Assembly (NCBI GenBank): GCA_041556855.1
Contig: JBFFHS010000001.1
Location: 9,423 to 73,422 of the forward strand
DNA: 64,000 nucleotides
From: Gammaproteobacteria bacterium
GTDB lineage: Bacteria; Pseudomonadota; Gammaproteobacteria; Steroidobacterales; JBFFHS01
Direction of reading: 5' to 3'
Numbering within the stretch: the stretch's first letter is position 1; every line of letters begins with the position of its first letter. The notes beneath the pieces were generated by a model. It was given only the letters and a program-made list of their open reading frames with translations. It had not been told where the DNA came from and searched no databases. The translations under genes were made by a program, and so were the position numbers. This document shows, piece after piece, positions 36,944 to 46,908 of the stretch.

Positions 36944-37588
36944 CTAGGGTTCAGCATCCAGCGGTGCCTGAACACGCAGGAAGGAGCTGACTATATCTCG
37001 AAGCTCAAGCAGGCGGCCATGAAAAAAATGATCGACTCCGCTGAGCACAGCTACCTCGGGTCCGGGCTCCAGAGTATTGACCCAACGCAACACCTCCTCA
37101 CAGTCCACCAGCTCGTCGGCATCGCCCTGAACGATCAACCAGGGAACAGCCGGCACCGCGATCTCCCGGTCGATCAAGCGCCCGACCGGGGGCGCGACCG
37201 TCACCAGGGCGCAAGGCCTTTCCCGGGTAGCAGCAGCCAGCGCCACCGCCGCACCGAAGGAGAAGCCAGCCAAGGCCAGAGGCAAATCGGGAAACTGCTC
37301 ACGCGCCCAGCGGCAAACCGCCAAAGCATCCTCCAACTCGCCCAGACCATCAGCGAATGCGCCCTCGCTCTGCCCCACGCCGCGAAAGTTGAAGCGCACC
37401 GTGACACAGTCAAGTCCCTGCAGCGCCCGAGCCAGCGTATGCACCACCTTATTGTGCATGGTGCCACCATGCAGTGGATGGGGATGGCAGATCACTGCCA
37501 CCGCCCGGGGCGCGGCTGGCGGCCCCTCGACCAACGCTTCCAGGCTGCCGGCCGGCCCGTCCAGGCGCAGCTTTCGTATGTCTGCCAT
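36944..37588 (-). CDS. Alpha/beta hydrolase (COG2945-like)
   Basis: VICHPHPLHGGTMHNKVV and the nucleophile elbow GFSFGA. Start trimmed to ATG 37588, which overlaps the upstream stop (TGATG). Confidence 0.8.
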   Translation of the reverse strand: MADIRKLRLDGPAGSLEALVEGPPAAPRAVAVICHPHPLHGGTMHNKVVHTLARALQGLDCVTVRFNFRGVGQSEGAFADGLGELEDALAVCRWAREQFPDLPLALAGFSFGAAVALAAATRERPCALVTVAPPVGRLIDREIAVPAVPWLIVQGDADELVDCEEVLRWVNTLEPGPEVAVLSGVDHFFHGRLLELRDIVSSFLRVQAPLDAEP

Positions 37589-37914
37589 CAGGCCGACCGC
37601 CCGACCGGTCCCACGCTGCGCCCCGGCAAGCAATAGATCCAGATGTCGTCGGGCACAGGCGCCAGCGGCCCATCAGGAGCACTGAAGCGGAGCCGACCGT
37701 CCTTGGCGATCAGCATGAGGCCCAGGGCACGGGCCGGGCAGGCGCTGCGAAAATCGCTGCAGGCGCCGTCCTCACTGAAAGTAGTGCGACAGAGCTTTAA
37801 ATCGCGCACGTCAACTCGCGGCAGAGACTCCAATTGCACCTCATCGGCGAACAACAACTTACCTCGGGCCGGACAACCCAGTGCTCGGGGATGCCGCTGG
37901 AAGCCAGCGCCCAT
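37588..37914 (-). CDS. Hypothetical Cys-containing protein (possible Fe-S/ferredoxin-like)
   Basis: 108-aa ORF translationally coupled to the hydrolase. It has several Cys, including ..ACPARALG.. No family recognised. Confidence 0.35.
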   Translation of the reverse strand: MGAGFQRHPRALGCPARGKLLFADEVQLESLPRVDVRDLKLCRTTFSEDGACSDFRSACPARALGLMLIAKDGRLRFSAPDGPLAPVPDDIWIYCLPGRSVGPVGRSA

Positions 37915-38000
37915 GGCGGGTTACCAGCCATTGGCCTGGCCGATCATTCGCCAGCAGCAGGATCTGAGCCGCATCCAGGCTACTCATGCGAAGGGCGTGC

Positions 38001-38456
38001 TCATGGCGCAGCCTCCGGGGCGTTCATTCGGAATTCAACAATCTCCAGCCGCCGCCCGGACACGGGGCGGCCAGCAACGACATCGGGTGAATAGCGACGC
38101 TGCCGAACCACGTCGATGGCGCGCTGGTGATAGCTCGGCGGTAACGTTGATGCCAGCACACGCGCATCCCTGACCTGGCCGCTGGCCTCAACGGACACCT
38201 CCAGCTGCACGAAACCCTGGATGCTGCGGCGGAACTGAAGGGGCGGAATCTCCGCCAGGGGGGGCAAGGCGCCCGGTCTCGGCGTCAGACCCAGCTCATC
38301 GCCGAACTTGCGCTGCTCGGCACCTGACAGGAGATCCACCTCATGAAACACCAACCCCACGGTCTCGGGCTCGAACATGCCGAACAGCCGCACGCCCACG
38401 GACAGGAGCAGACCCACGACCACCAGCGCACCCAGAAAGGAACCTACAAAGCGCAT
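38001..38456 (-). CDS. Small TonB C-terminal-domain-like membrane protein
   Basis: N-terminal TM helix. The C-terminal pattern GFVQLEVSVEASGQVRDARVLAS..YHQRAIDVVRQRRYSP resembles TonB_C. Confidence 0.5.
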   Translation of the reverse strand: MRFVGSFLGALVVVGLLLSVGVRLFGMFEPETVGLVFHEVDLLSGAEQRKFGDELGLTPRPGALPPLAEIPPLQFRRSIQGFVQLEVSVEASGQVRDARVLASTLPPSYHQRAIDVVRQRRYSPDVVAGRPVSGRRLEIVEFRMNAPEAAP

Positions 38457-38572
38457 GGTTATTCAGCAGCGCAAGGTGCCTTGATCACCTCGCCACCCTG
38501 CGCACCAGCACGCTCCCGGCTTCGGATTCCACGGCCGTTCGCGAGCCCATAGCCATCAGGCCTGGCGGCGGC

Positions 38573-38983
38573 TCACTGCTCTGCCTCATCGGCGGGCTCG
38601 AAGTCCAGCGAGGCCGAGTTGATGCAGTAACGCAAACCCGTGGGCCGGGGGCCATCGGGGAACACGTGGCCCAGATGAGCACCGCACTCGGCGCACACCA
38701 CTTCTTCCCGGATCATGCCATGGCTGGTATCGCGGTGAGTGGTGACCTTGTCGCCCGCCATGGGCAGCCAGAAACTGGGCCAGCCGGAACCGGAATCGTA
38801 TTTCTCGGCGGAGCGGAACAACTCGTTGCCGCAGCATACGCAGACGTAGGTACCGTCCGCCTTATGGGCGCAGTACTCGCCACTGAACGGGGCCTCCGTG
38901 CCCTGCTCCTGGGTGATATGGTACTGCTCGGGTGAAAGACGCTCGCGCAGCGCAGTATCGGTGGTATCGCGTTTGGCACTCAT
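38573..38983 (-). CDS. msrB: Peptide-methionine (R)-S-oxide reductase MsrB
   Basis: [45 protein letters not shown], the full MsrB signature with both CxxC pairs. Start trimmed to ATG 38983. Confidence 0.95.
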   Translation of the reverse strand: MSAKRDTTDTALRERLSPEQYHITQEQGTEAPFSGEYCAHKADGTYVCVCCGNELFRSAEKYDSGSGWPSFWLPMAGDKVTTHRDTSHGMIREEVVCAECGAHLGHVFPDGPRPTGLRYCINSASLDFEPADEAEQ

Positions 38984-39062
38984 AGGCTGTCCGTGGCAGA
39001 TGGGTAAGGCAAAATTGTAGCGCATGGCCCGCATCGCTCGACGCCATGCCCGGTTCCTTACG

Positions 39063-39794
39063 ATGACCCCAATCGTCGAATTCAACAACATCGCGCACCG
39101 CTTCGGCACACAACAGGTCCTCGGCGGGCTCAACCTTGCGCTGCCCCGGGGCGAAACGACGGCCGTCGTAGGCACCAGCGGCAGCGGCAAATCGACTCTG
39201 CTGGGGTTGATCAACGGACTGCTCTACCCGAGCGAGGGCCAGATGCGGGTGTTTGGCGCGCCCGTGCCGTATACGACCCTGACCGAGTTCCGGCGCCGCA
39301 TTGGCTATGCCGTTCAGGGCACCGGCCTGTTTCCCCACCTGAGCGTGGCCGACAACATCAGCCTGATGGCCCGCCTCACGGGTTGGTCGCGCACGGCCAC
39401 AGTCTCGCGAGTGGCAGAGCTCATGGACCTGATGGCCCTGGAGGAGACCCTGGCCAGCCGCTTCCCCCATGAGCTGTCCGGCGGCCAGCAGCAGCGGGCC
39501 GGTATCTGCCGCGCCGTCATGCTCAAGCCCGAGCTGTTGCTGCTGGACGAGCCATTTTCCGGCGTCGACCCCCTCACCCGTGCCGACATCCACGCCCGCT
39601 TCCAGGAGTTGTCCGGGCGCGCCGTCAGCAGCGCGGTGCTGGTGACCCACGACATGGCAGAGGCCGTGGCGCTGGCGTCTTACCTGGTGGTACTGCAGGA
39701 AGGGCAGGTCGCCCAAGCGGGACGCAGCGATTTGGTGCTGGCGCAACCGGCCAATGACTACGTCGCCCAGCTCATGGCCAGCGCCCGTGTTTAG
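39063..39794 (+). CDS. ABC transporter ATP-binding protein (osmoprotectant/quaternary-amine type)
   Basis: Walker [10 protein letters not shown], signature LSGGQQQR, Walker B LLLLDEP. Confidence 0.9.
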   Translation: MTPIVEFNNIAHRFGTQQVLGGLNLALPRGETTAVVGTSGSGKSTLLGLINGLLYPSEGQMRVFGAPVPYTTLTEFRRRIGYAVQGTGLFPHLSVADNISLMARLTGWSRTATVSRVAELMDLMALEETLASRFPHELSGGQQQRAGICRAVMLKPELLLLDEPFSGVDPLTRADIHARFQELSGRAVSSAVLVTHDMAEAVALASYLVVLQEGQVAQAGRSDLVLAQPANDYVAQLMASARV

Positions 39795-41277
39795 AGCGCT
39801 TGCCATCGGCACGCTGGTCTGGGTCGCCGGCTGCGGCGCAGCCGCTACCGCGCAGCCCATTGTGGTGGGCAGCAAGTCGTTCACCGAAAGCTACCTGCTG
39901 GGCGAGATCATGGCGCAGCTGTTGGAGGCCCGCGGCTTTGCGGTAGAACGCCGCTTCGGGTTCGGCGGCACGCTGATCTGCTTCCAGGCCCTGACGGCCG
40001 GCGAAATCGACGTCTATCCCGAATACACCGGCACGATCAGCGAAGCCATTCTGAAAACCGGCGCGCCCCTCGCCCGGCGGGAGCTTGTGGAGCGGCTCGC
40101 GGAACTCAGCCTGACTCCACTATCCGAGCTTGGCTTCAACAACACCTACGCGATGACCGTACGCAGCGCCACGGCCAGGCAGCTGAAGCTGCGCACCATC
40201 ACCGACCTGGTCAACCATCCCGAGCTGAAATTGGGTCTCAGCCACGAGTTCCGCGACCGCGCCGACGGCTGGCCCGCGCTCAAACGAGCCTACGGTTTAC
40301 CTCAGCAAGCCGCCGGCATCGAACACGGGCTCGCCTACCAGGCCCTGGCCGAGGGCAAGATCGATCTGACCGATGCTTACTCCACGGACGGCGAGCTGCT
40401 CCGTTATCCGGTCACGGTGCTGCAGGACGATCGCGGCTACTTCCCCGTCTACCGGGCTTTGCCCCTGGCGCGCAGCGATCTACCGACGGCGGCGGCGGCG
40501 GCCCTGGATGAGCTGGCGGATCGGTTAGACGATGACGCCATGCGCGCCCTCAACGCGCGGGTGGTGCTAGGGCAAAACAGTTTTGCCGCAGTGGCGGCGG
40601 ACTTTCTTGCCGCCGCCGGGCTCACTGCCGGCCCGGCCGTGAACGAATCCGGCCTGTGGCCAACGCTGAGCCGCAACATCGTTGCGCACATCCAGCTCAC
40701 CCTGATCGCTTTGTCTCTGGCGTGCCTGGCCGGGCTTACCCTGGCCGTGCTCGTCTACCGCTCCGAGGCACTCTCCCGGGTCGTGCTGTACGTCGCCGGC
40801 CTGCTCCAGACCATCCCCTCCATCGCCCTGCTGGCGCTGCTGATCCCCCTGGCAGGCGTGGGTCAAAAACCGGCCATCATCGCCCTGTTTCTCTATTCCC
40901 TGTTGCCCATTGTGCGCAACGCCATCACGGCGCTGATCACTATTGACCCCTTGCTGCGCCGGGTGGCCGCCGCCCTGGGGATGACCCAATGGCAACAGCT
41001 GCGACATGTGTTCTTCCCCCTGGCCCTGCCCCATGTGCTCGCTGGTGTGCGGATTGCGGCGGTGGTCAGCATCGGCACCGCAACCCTGGCGGCCTTCATC
41101 GGCGCCGGCGGCCTGGGAGAACCTATTGTCACGGGCCTGGCATTAAACGACACCAGCCTGATCCTGCAGGGCGCCATCCCGGCCGCGCTGCTGGCCTTGG
41201 CCACGGAGCTCATGTTCGAAATCATCGAGCGTTGGCTGATTCCGGCTCATTTGACTGCGGGACGCGCGACCCTTTGA
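39754..41277 (+). CDS. Fused substrate-binding / permease ABC transporter component (glycine betaine/choline-type SBP at the N-terminus, permease at the C-terminus)
   Basis: The signal/lipobox-like region (WVAGCGAA) and an OpuBC-type SBP (IVVGSKSFTESYLLGEI..YPEYTGT) are followed by 5-6 TM helices. The true start may be the GTG near 39787, overlapping the ATPase stop. Confidence 0.85.
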   Translation: MTTSPSSWPAPVFRALAIGTLVWVAGCGAAATAQPIVVGSKSFTESYLLGEIMAQLLEARGFAVERRFGFGGTLICFQALTAGEIDVYPEYTGTISEAILKTGAPLARRELVERLAELSLTPLSELGFNNTYAMTVRSATARQLKLRTITDLVNHPELKLGLSHEFRDRADGWPALKRAYGLPQQAAGIEHGLAYQALAEGKIDLTDAYSTDGELLRYPVTVLQDDRGYFPVYRALPLARSDLPTAAAAALDELADRLDDDAMRALNARVVLGQNSFAAVAADFLAAAGLTAGPAVNESGLWPTLSRNIVAHIQLTLIALSLACLAGLTLAVLVYRSEALSRVVLYVAGLLQTIPSIALLALLIPLAGVGQKPAIIALFLYSLLPIVRNAITALITIDPLLRRVAAALGMTQWQQLRHVFFPLALPHVLAGVRIAAVVSIGTATLAAFIGAGGLGEPIVTGLALNDTSLILQGAIPAALLALATELMFEIIERWLIPAHLTAGRATL

Positions 41278-41332
41278 TGGACCCTGCCGTGTTGCTATCT
41301 GGGCAAGGTGCGCCGCGCCCCCAACTGGAAGT

Positions 41333-43246
41333 TCACTCATCGGGCGCATCAAGATCCAGCAAGAGCTTGTTCAGCCGGCGCACGAACGCGCCCGGGTCCC
41401 CCAGCTGGCGGCCGTCTGCCAGGGTTGCCTGCTCCAGCAGGAGGCGAGCGAGCTCATCGAACTGGTCACCCTCCCGGGCCGCGAGCCGGCCAATCAGGGG
41501 ATGACCCTGGTTAATCTCCAGGGTGGGCTTACTCTCCGGAACGGTCTGCCCGCTGGCCTCGAGCATCTCCCGCAGGCCGGGGCCCAGATCATCCTCGCCC
41601 AGCACCAGACACGCCGGTGAATCCTTCAGCCGGGCGGAAACACGCACCTCGTCCACATCCTCGCGCAGGGCGCGCTTGATACGTTTCAGAAGTTGCTTGG
41701 TGTCCTTATCCGGCTCCGCACCCTCAATGGACGTATCCCCAGCAGCGGGTTGATCGCCGACCTTGAGCTCGCCCCGGGCCACGTCGCGCAGCTTCTTGCC
41801 CTTGTACTCAGGTAAGAACTGCAACGCCCAGGCATCGATGCGGTCCGACAGCAGCAACACCTCCTCGCCCTGCTCCCCAAGAACTTCCAGGTGGGGGCTG
41901 GAACGCACAGCCTGAGGCGTTTCCCCAATGAGATAGAGAATGTCATCGCGGCCTTCCGCCAATCCGGCAATGTAGTCATCCAGGGACCGATCCTGCTCCT
42001 GCCCCTCCGAATGGGTGCTGTTGAAGCGCAACAGGCCTGCGATCTTCTCCTGATTGCCCTGGTCTTCCGCCAGCCCTTCTTTGAGCACGTTACCGAAGGC
42101 GCCCCAGAACTTGCCGTACTTCTCGGCATCGTCTTTGGCCAGTTTCGTCAGCATGTCCAGCACTCGCTTGGTGAGCGCGCTGCGAATTGCCATGACGTTT
42201 GCATCCTGCTGCAAGATTTCCCGGGAGACGTTCAGGGACAGATCATTGGAGTCCACCACGCCACGCACGAAGCGCAGGTACAGCGGCAGAAACTGCTCAG
42301 CATCGTCCATGATGAACACCCGCTGGACATACAGCTTCACGCCCCGGGCAGCATGGCGATCCCACAGATCAAAGGGCGCGGTAGCCGGCAGATACAGCAG
42401 GCTTGTGTACTCGCGCTTACCCTCCACCTTGTTATGCGACCAGGTCAGAGGCTCGGCGAAATCGTGAGCCACGTGCCGATAAAACTCCACGTACTCCTCG
42501 TCGCTGATATCGGTACGCGGCCTGGTCCACAGGGCCTGGCCCTGGTTCACGGCCTCGGGCTCACCTTCCCCGTCCGCCTGGGCCATCAACACCGGGAAGG
42601 CAATGTGGTCGGAATATTTGTTAATGAGGGCCCGCAACCGGTACTGATCGGCAAACTCCTCCGCATCCGACTTCAAATGCAAACGCACCCTAGTGCCGCG
42701 AGGCTCCACCGTCTCCGTAGCCACGGTGAACTCGCCCTGCCCGTCCGATGACCAGTGGACACCTTCCTCGGGAGCGGCCCCGGCCCGGCGGGTCATCACG
42801 TCGACGCGATCCGCCACCATAAAGGCCGAGTAGAAACCGACACCGAACTGGCCGATCAGCTGGCTGTCCTTCTGCTGCTCACCCGTCAGCTGGCTGAGAA
42901 ATTCGCCGGTCCCGGAACGGGCAATGGTACCCAGCTGGGCGACGACCTCATCGCGAGTCATGCCGATACCGTCATCGACAACGCTGATCGTTTTCTGCTC
43001 CGGATCCAGCTCCACGCGGATGTTCAAATCCGGCTCGGACTCCAGCAGCTGGGGGTCGTTCAGGGCCGCAAAGCGCAGCTTATCGTTGGCGTCCGAGGCG
43101 TTGGAGATCAGCTCGCGCAGGAAAATCTCACGGTGGCTATAGAGGGAGTGGATCATCAGCTGCAGCAGCTGCTTGACCTCGGTTTGAAATCCCAGGGTCG
43201 CCTGATCCGACGCGCCGGCGGCGGGCTTATCAACGGTTTCGGTCAT
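41333..43246 (-). CDS. htpG: Molecular chaperone HtpG (Hsp90)
   Basis: 637 aa with [34 protein letters not shown], the canonical Hsp90 N-terminus. Confidence 0.97.
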   Translation of the reverse strand: MTETVDKPAAGASDQATLGFQTEVKQLLQLMIHSLYSHREIFLRELISNASDANDKLRFAALNDPQLLESEPDLNIRVELDPEQKTISVVDDGIGMTRDEVVAQLGTIARSGTGEFLSQLTGEQQKDSQLIGQFGVGFYSAFMVADRVDVMTRRAGAAPEEGVHWSSDGQGEFTVATETVEPRGTRVRLHLKSDAEEFADQYRLRALINKYSDHIAFPVLMAQADGEGEPEAVNQGQALWTRPRTDISDEEYVEFYRHVAHDFAEPLTWSHNKVEGKREYTSLLYLPATAPFDLWDRHAARGVKLYVQRVFIMDDAEQFLPLYLRFVRGVVDSNDLSLNVSREILQQDANVMAIRSALTKRVLDMLTKLAKDDAEKYGKFWGAFGNVLKEGLAEDQGNQEKIAGLLRFNSTHSEGQEQDRSLDDYIAGLAEGRDDILYLIGETPQAVRSSPHLEVLGEQGEEVLLLSDRIDAWALQFLPEYKGKKLRDVARGELKVGDQPAAGDTSIEGAEPDKDTKQLLKRIKRALREDVDEVRVSARLKDSPACLVLGEDDLGPGLREMLEASGQTVPESKPTLEINQGHPLIGRLAAREGDQFDELARLLLEQATLADGRQLGDPGAFVRRLNKLLLDLDAPDE

Positions 43247-43280
43247 GACAAAGACATCCAGCGGGCAACCAATGACCGCT

Positions 43281-43308
43281 AAATGGGGTCGGACGGCGGG
43301 TTTTCAAG
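43281..43308 (-). promoter_or_regulatory. Sigma-32 heat-shock promoter of htpG
   Basis: The minus strand reads CTTGAAA-N13-CCCCATTT, an exact match to the sigma-32 consensus (CTTGAAA/CCCCATnT), about 35 nt upstream of the htpG ATG. Confidence 0.75.
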
Positions 43309-43330
43309 CGCCGGCGAACCGGCCGAGGAA

Positions 43331-43558
43331 TCAGACGCGCTGCCGGCGGAAGCGATGGTCCGGGGCCGCCACCACGACTGTCAGCGCAAGCAGAGCAAGA
43401 CCTGTTGCCCAGCTGGAGACCAAAAGCCCTGACAAGGATACGCCGAATGCGGCTGTCAGCCCGATGTTTGCGAGCACCCGCTGGGCGCGCTGCCACAGGA
43501 ATGGCAGGGCGCAGAGAAGATCTTCGAGATCGTCCAGAAGCTGCGCGACGATCTCCAC
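43331..43558 (-). CDS. Possible small membrane protein
   Basis: 75-aa ORF with a GTG start, an acidic N-terminus and two hydrophobic segments. No family recognised. Confidence 0.3.
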   Translation of the reverse strand: MEIVAQLLDDLEDLLCALPFLWQRAQRVLANIGLTAAFGVSLSGLLVSSWATGLALLALTVVVAAPDHRFRRQRV

Positions 43559-43567
43559 TGCTCGTTG

Positions 43568-43726
43568 CTACTCCTCTTCTTCCATCAGGCCCACATCTGG
43601 GGTCGGTAGGTCACCCGGATGGGCCTCGGCGTAGCGCTTGGCAGCTTCCATGGCATCGGCCACCCAGCGCAATCGACAGATTGCGCTTTCGTCCAGTTTT
43701 TCTGAGTTGTTGTGTTCTTTCGACAT
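43568..43726 (-). CDS. Possible small acidic protein
   Basis: 52 aa from the internal ATG (MSKEHNNSEKLDES..MEEEE). No clear SD; the longer 81-aa version to 43813 is also possible. Confidence 0.25.
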   Translation of the reverse strand: MSKEHNNSEKLDESAICRLRWVADAMEAAKRYAEAHPGDLPTPDVGLMEEEE

Positions 43727-44380
43727 GGGTCGTAGGCATCGCGGCTTGAGCGGGACAGCACTATAGGCGGAGAGATGCTTTAAGGCTGTGAGGGAACTCT
43801 CAAAAGCGGACACTCAATTCGTCTTTAACTTATTGTCTTAAAAAGAAAATTCACATAAGCGGGCGACTTCCAGGCAGGCATCCCGGCACAGTCCTAGCAG
43901 GTGGCGATCGACAAGGCCGCGGCAACCGGACCGCCGCAGCCGGCTGGGCCGGGCCGGCAAGCCGCGCCATGCCGGTGTGGGAGAGATGCTATTGGCCATA
44001 GATAGCCCGCGCCGCGCGATGTCCTTCGGATCTGCTGGTGCTGGCCAAGATTTTCCGGAGCGCCCGCATGGCCGATCGCGTGCGGCCCGACACCATCCTG
44101 CTGAGTGCCGGGCTTCCCGTTCCCAAGACGCCAGGCCATCCCGCTGATCGCAACACTAGGGGATTGCCAGCGCGATACGCAGGAAGACGAAGACGTGCTG
44201 AGATTAACGAATTGCAGGGCTGACGCGGCGCCAAATCCGTGCGGTAACGGCAAGCGGCCCGGAATCAGATGAGGGCGCGCGTGTCTCTCGAGCGCAACCC
44301 AGCCTCTTAGCAGTTGGCAGGATGCGGTGTCATCAGCCGGGAGGGACTTCGAACAGGATCAAGCATGCGGAGTCTGACAG

Positions 44381-44650
44381 CTACTCCGGCTCCCATTCCT
44401 GTCTGATCTTTTCTGCCCAGCTGTGATACCCCTTCCAACTGTAGACTGAGGCGTCCAGTGGGGAACGGCGGGTGGACTGTCCGCCGACCCGGGACAGCCA
44501 TCTGCGGTAGGCGTCCCAACCCTCACGGTTGTTCGCGTCCTCGTTAGAGCCATTGGTCTCAGCGCGCGCCCTGCGGTGCGCCTCCGAGCTATTGGCCTGT
44601 CCCTGATGGTACAAGGGCGGCCTGAACCTGTACGGTTTGCGATCGCTCAT
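44381..44650 (-). CDS. Hypothetical small basic protein
   Basis: 89 aa with a Trp/Tyr-rich C-terminus (YSWKGYHSWAEKIRQEW) that looks like a real conserved protein. Family not recognised. Confidence 0.45.
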   Translation of the reverse strand: MSDRKPYRFRPPLYHQGQANSSEAHRRARAETNGSNEDANNREGWDAYRRWLSRVGGQSTRRSPLDASVYSWKGYHSWAEKIRQEWEPE

Positions 44651-44864
44651 CCCTAAGCCACTCGCCTGTTGATAACGGTCGCCTATCTTAGGTGCCGCAA
44701 CCGCCCGTGACGAGGAACTGAGTCACAATCAAACGCCCATAAAAATTCATAAAAAACATATCATTATGCGCGTTTTTACGTAATCAAGGGCTGTGCCCGA
44801 GAAATTCCTTACCCGGGCGCTGAAACTGGGTCGACCGACAGCGGGATGCTCAGCCGACTTGAGC

Positions 44865-46247
44865 TCAGCGGCCCACAATTCGGTAACAGGGTTGATAGCC
44901 CGCGCTGGACAGCTTCATGCGCCCCTGGGCAACGAATGCTTTCAAGACTCGGTCGAGGGCTGCCAGGATGGAGGCTTCCCCCGTTAGCTCGAACGGGCCA
45001 TGGTCCGCGACTCGCCGAATCCCGTCCTCTCGCACGTTGCCGCTGACAATACCCGAGAAGGCCCGGCGCAAATTGGCGGCCAGCAGGTGCACCGATTGAT
45101 CGCGGTGCAACTCTAGGCCAGCCATGGCTGCGTGAGTCGCCGCAAAGGGCTGCTGGAAAACGTGCTCGATCTTAAGGCTCCAGTTGAAGTAGTAGGCATC
45201 CTTACGTTCGGTCCGGTGCTCGCATACTGCGTCCATGCCCGCCGCCATCACACGCCCCACCGCAGCGGGATTGTCGAGAATGATCTGGTAACGGCCCTGG
45301 GCAGCGGCACCCAGGGTGGAACCGATGAACTCGTCCAGCATGTTGAAGTAGGGCTCGGACACAGCGGGTCCGGAAAAGACCAGGGGCAGCGGCAGATCCT
45401 CGTTCTCCGGGCTGAGCAGCACGCCCAGCAGATAAAGAATCTCCTCCGCCGTGCCTACCCCGCCGGGAAACACCACAATGCCATGGGCCAACCGAACGAA
45501 GGCCTCCAGGCGTTTCTCCATATCCGGCATGATCACCAGTTCATTGACGATGGGATTGGGCGCCTCGGCAGCGATGATGCCGGGCTCGGTGATGCCCAGA
45601 TAGCGGCCGGTCTTGATGCGCTGCTTGGCGTGGCCGATGGTGGCACCCTTCATAGGTCCCTTCATGGCGCCCGCACCGCAGCCGGTGCAGGCGTGCAGTC
45701 CCCGCAGGCCCAACTCGTAACCGACCTGTTTACTGTAGTCGTATTCGATGCGGCCGATAGCGTGACCGCCCCAGCAAACCACCATGGCCGGGGCCGCGTT
45801 GGCGTGCATCACGCGGGCATTGCGCAGAATGTGGAATACGGCGTTGGTGAGACCGCTGGAGCTGCCCAGATCGAAGCGTTCGGGATCGCGGATTTCATTG
45901 TGCACGTAGACCAGATCCCGCAACACGGCAAACAGGTGCTCGCGGATACCCTTGATCATCTTGCCGTCCACGAATGCCGTCGCCGGGGCGTTCTTCAAGG
46001 CGAGTTTCAAGCCCCGGTCCTGTTGCACAATCTCCACGGCGAAATCCTGGTGGCGACGCAGAATCTCGGTGGTATCGTCCTCCTCGATCCCCGAATTCAG
46101 CACGGCCAGCGAGCAGTTGCGCCACAGATCGTACAGACCAGCCTGGCCTGTGGTGCGCAACTGGCTCACCTCCCCCTGGGAGAGGATTTCCAGGCTGCCC
46201 TCGGGGGTAATCCTGGCGTCTATTTTGCCGGCCCCACCGTTAGCCAT
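44865..46247 (-). CDS. ppnN: Nucleotide 5'-monophosphate nucleosidase PpnN (YgdH, LOG-family)
   Basis: 460 aa. The central LOG-type motif (FPGGVGTAEEI) and overall length match the YgdH/PpnN architecture. Confidence 0.8.
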   Translation of the reverse strand: MANGGAGKIDARITPEGSLEILSQGEVSQLRTTGQAGLYDLWRNCSLAVLNSGIEEDDTTEILRRHQDFAVEIVQQDRGLKLALKNAPATAFVDGKMIKGIREHLFAVLRDLVYVHNEIRDPERFDLGSSSGLTNAVFHILRNARVMHANAAPAMVVCWGGHAIGRIEYDYSKQVGYELGLRGLHACTGCGAGAMKGPMKGATIGHAKQRIKTGRYLGITEPGIIAAEAPNPIVNELVIMPDMEKRLEAFVRLAHGIVVFPGGVGTAEEILYLLGVLLSPENEDLPLPLVFSGPAVSEPYFNMLDEFIGSTLGAAAQGRYQIILDNPAAVGRVMAAGMDAVCEHRTERKDAYYFNWSLKIEHVFQQPFAATHAAMAGLELHRDQSVHLLAANLRRAFSGIVSGNVREDGIRRVADHGPFELTGEASILAALDRVLKAFVAQGRMKLSSAGYQPCYRIVGR

Positions 46248-46315
46248 TGCTCATCGCCACCTCGCTGTGGCCCGCCAGGGCGCAAGGCAAGGGTCATTGG
46301 ATGAAGGTGTGCTGC

Positions 46316-46837
46316 TCAGGGCCTGATTTCGATGGGCGTATCGGTTTCCGTCATCAGCCAAATGTCGACCATGTCCGAGTTGGAAACGGCGATACAGCCA
46401 TCTGTCCAATCCCGGCCCCGATAGTAACTGAGGGGATATTTAGGTTCGTTGGGGTGCCCGTGAATCATGATCTGGCCGCCCGGTTCCACTCCCATCTGGC
46501 GCGCCTTGCGGCGGTCCGCCTCGCTTGGGTAGGAGATCTTGATAGACAGAAAGTAATGGCTATTGGGGTTCTTCATCTCCAGATGATAGAGACCCTCAGG
46601 CGTACGGAAGTCCCCCTCCATCCGCTTCGCGCCGGCCGGGCTCAGACCGAGAACAATGTCAAAACTCCGCAGAATTTCGCCGTTGCGCAACAAGTGCAGC
46701 TTCCGTTCGGATTTCTCCACCAGGACATAATCAGCCATACCGAGCCCGGTTTTCATGGCCGAATCCGCCGGAACCGCCGGCGCTGCCAACACCAGCAGCA
46801 CGCTCAGCGGTCTCAGCATGTGGCTCGTCCAGGTCAT
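46316..46837 (-). CDS. L,D-transpeptidase (YkuD) family protein
   Basis: Catalytic motif IMIHG....DWTDGCIAVSN and a signal peptide (MLRPLSVLLVLAAPA). The start is uncertain: 46837, 46819 or 46912. Confidence 0.8.
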   Translation of the reverse strand: MTWTSHMLRPLSVLLVLAAPAVPADSAMKTGLGMADYVLVEKSERKLHLLRNGEILRSFDIVLGLSPAGAKRMEGDFRTPEGLYHLEMKNPNSHYFLSIKISYPSEADRRKARQMGVEPGGQIMIHGHPNEPKYPLSYYRGRDWTDGCIAVSNSDMVDIWLMTETDTPIEIRP

Positions 46838-46908
46838 GTTCGCGGGGGCTCTCCGATTCCAGGGCACCGACTCTAATGCAGCGACTCCCACCCGATCAAC
46901 GGCCCAGC

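Noticed and set aside
44330-44370. A tRNA-like T-arm resemblance (gggagggacttcgaacagg).
   Set aside because: There is no GTTCGAATC core, no acceptor-stem complement and no anticodon arm, so no cloverleaf can be drawn. It also overlaps the region just downstream of the 89-aa ORF.
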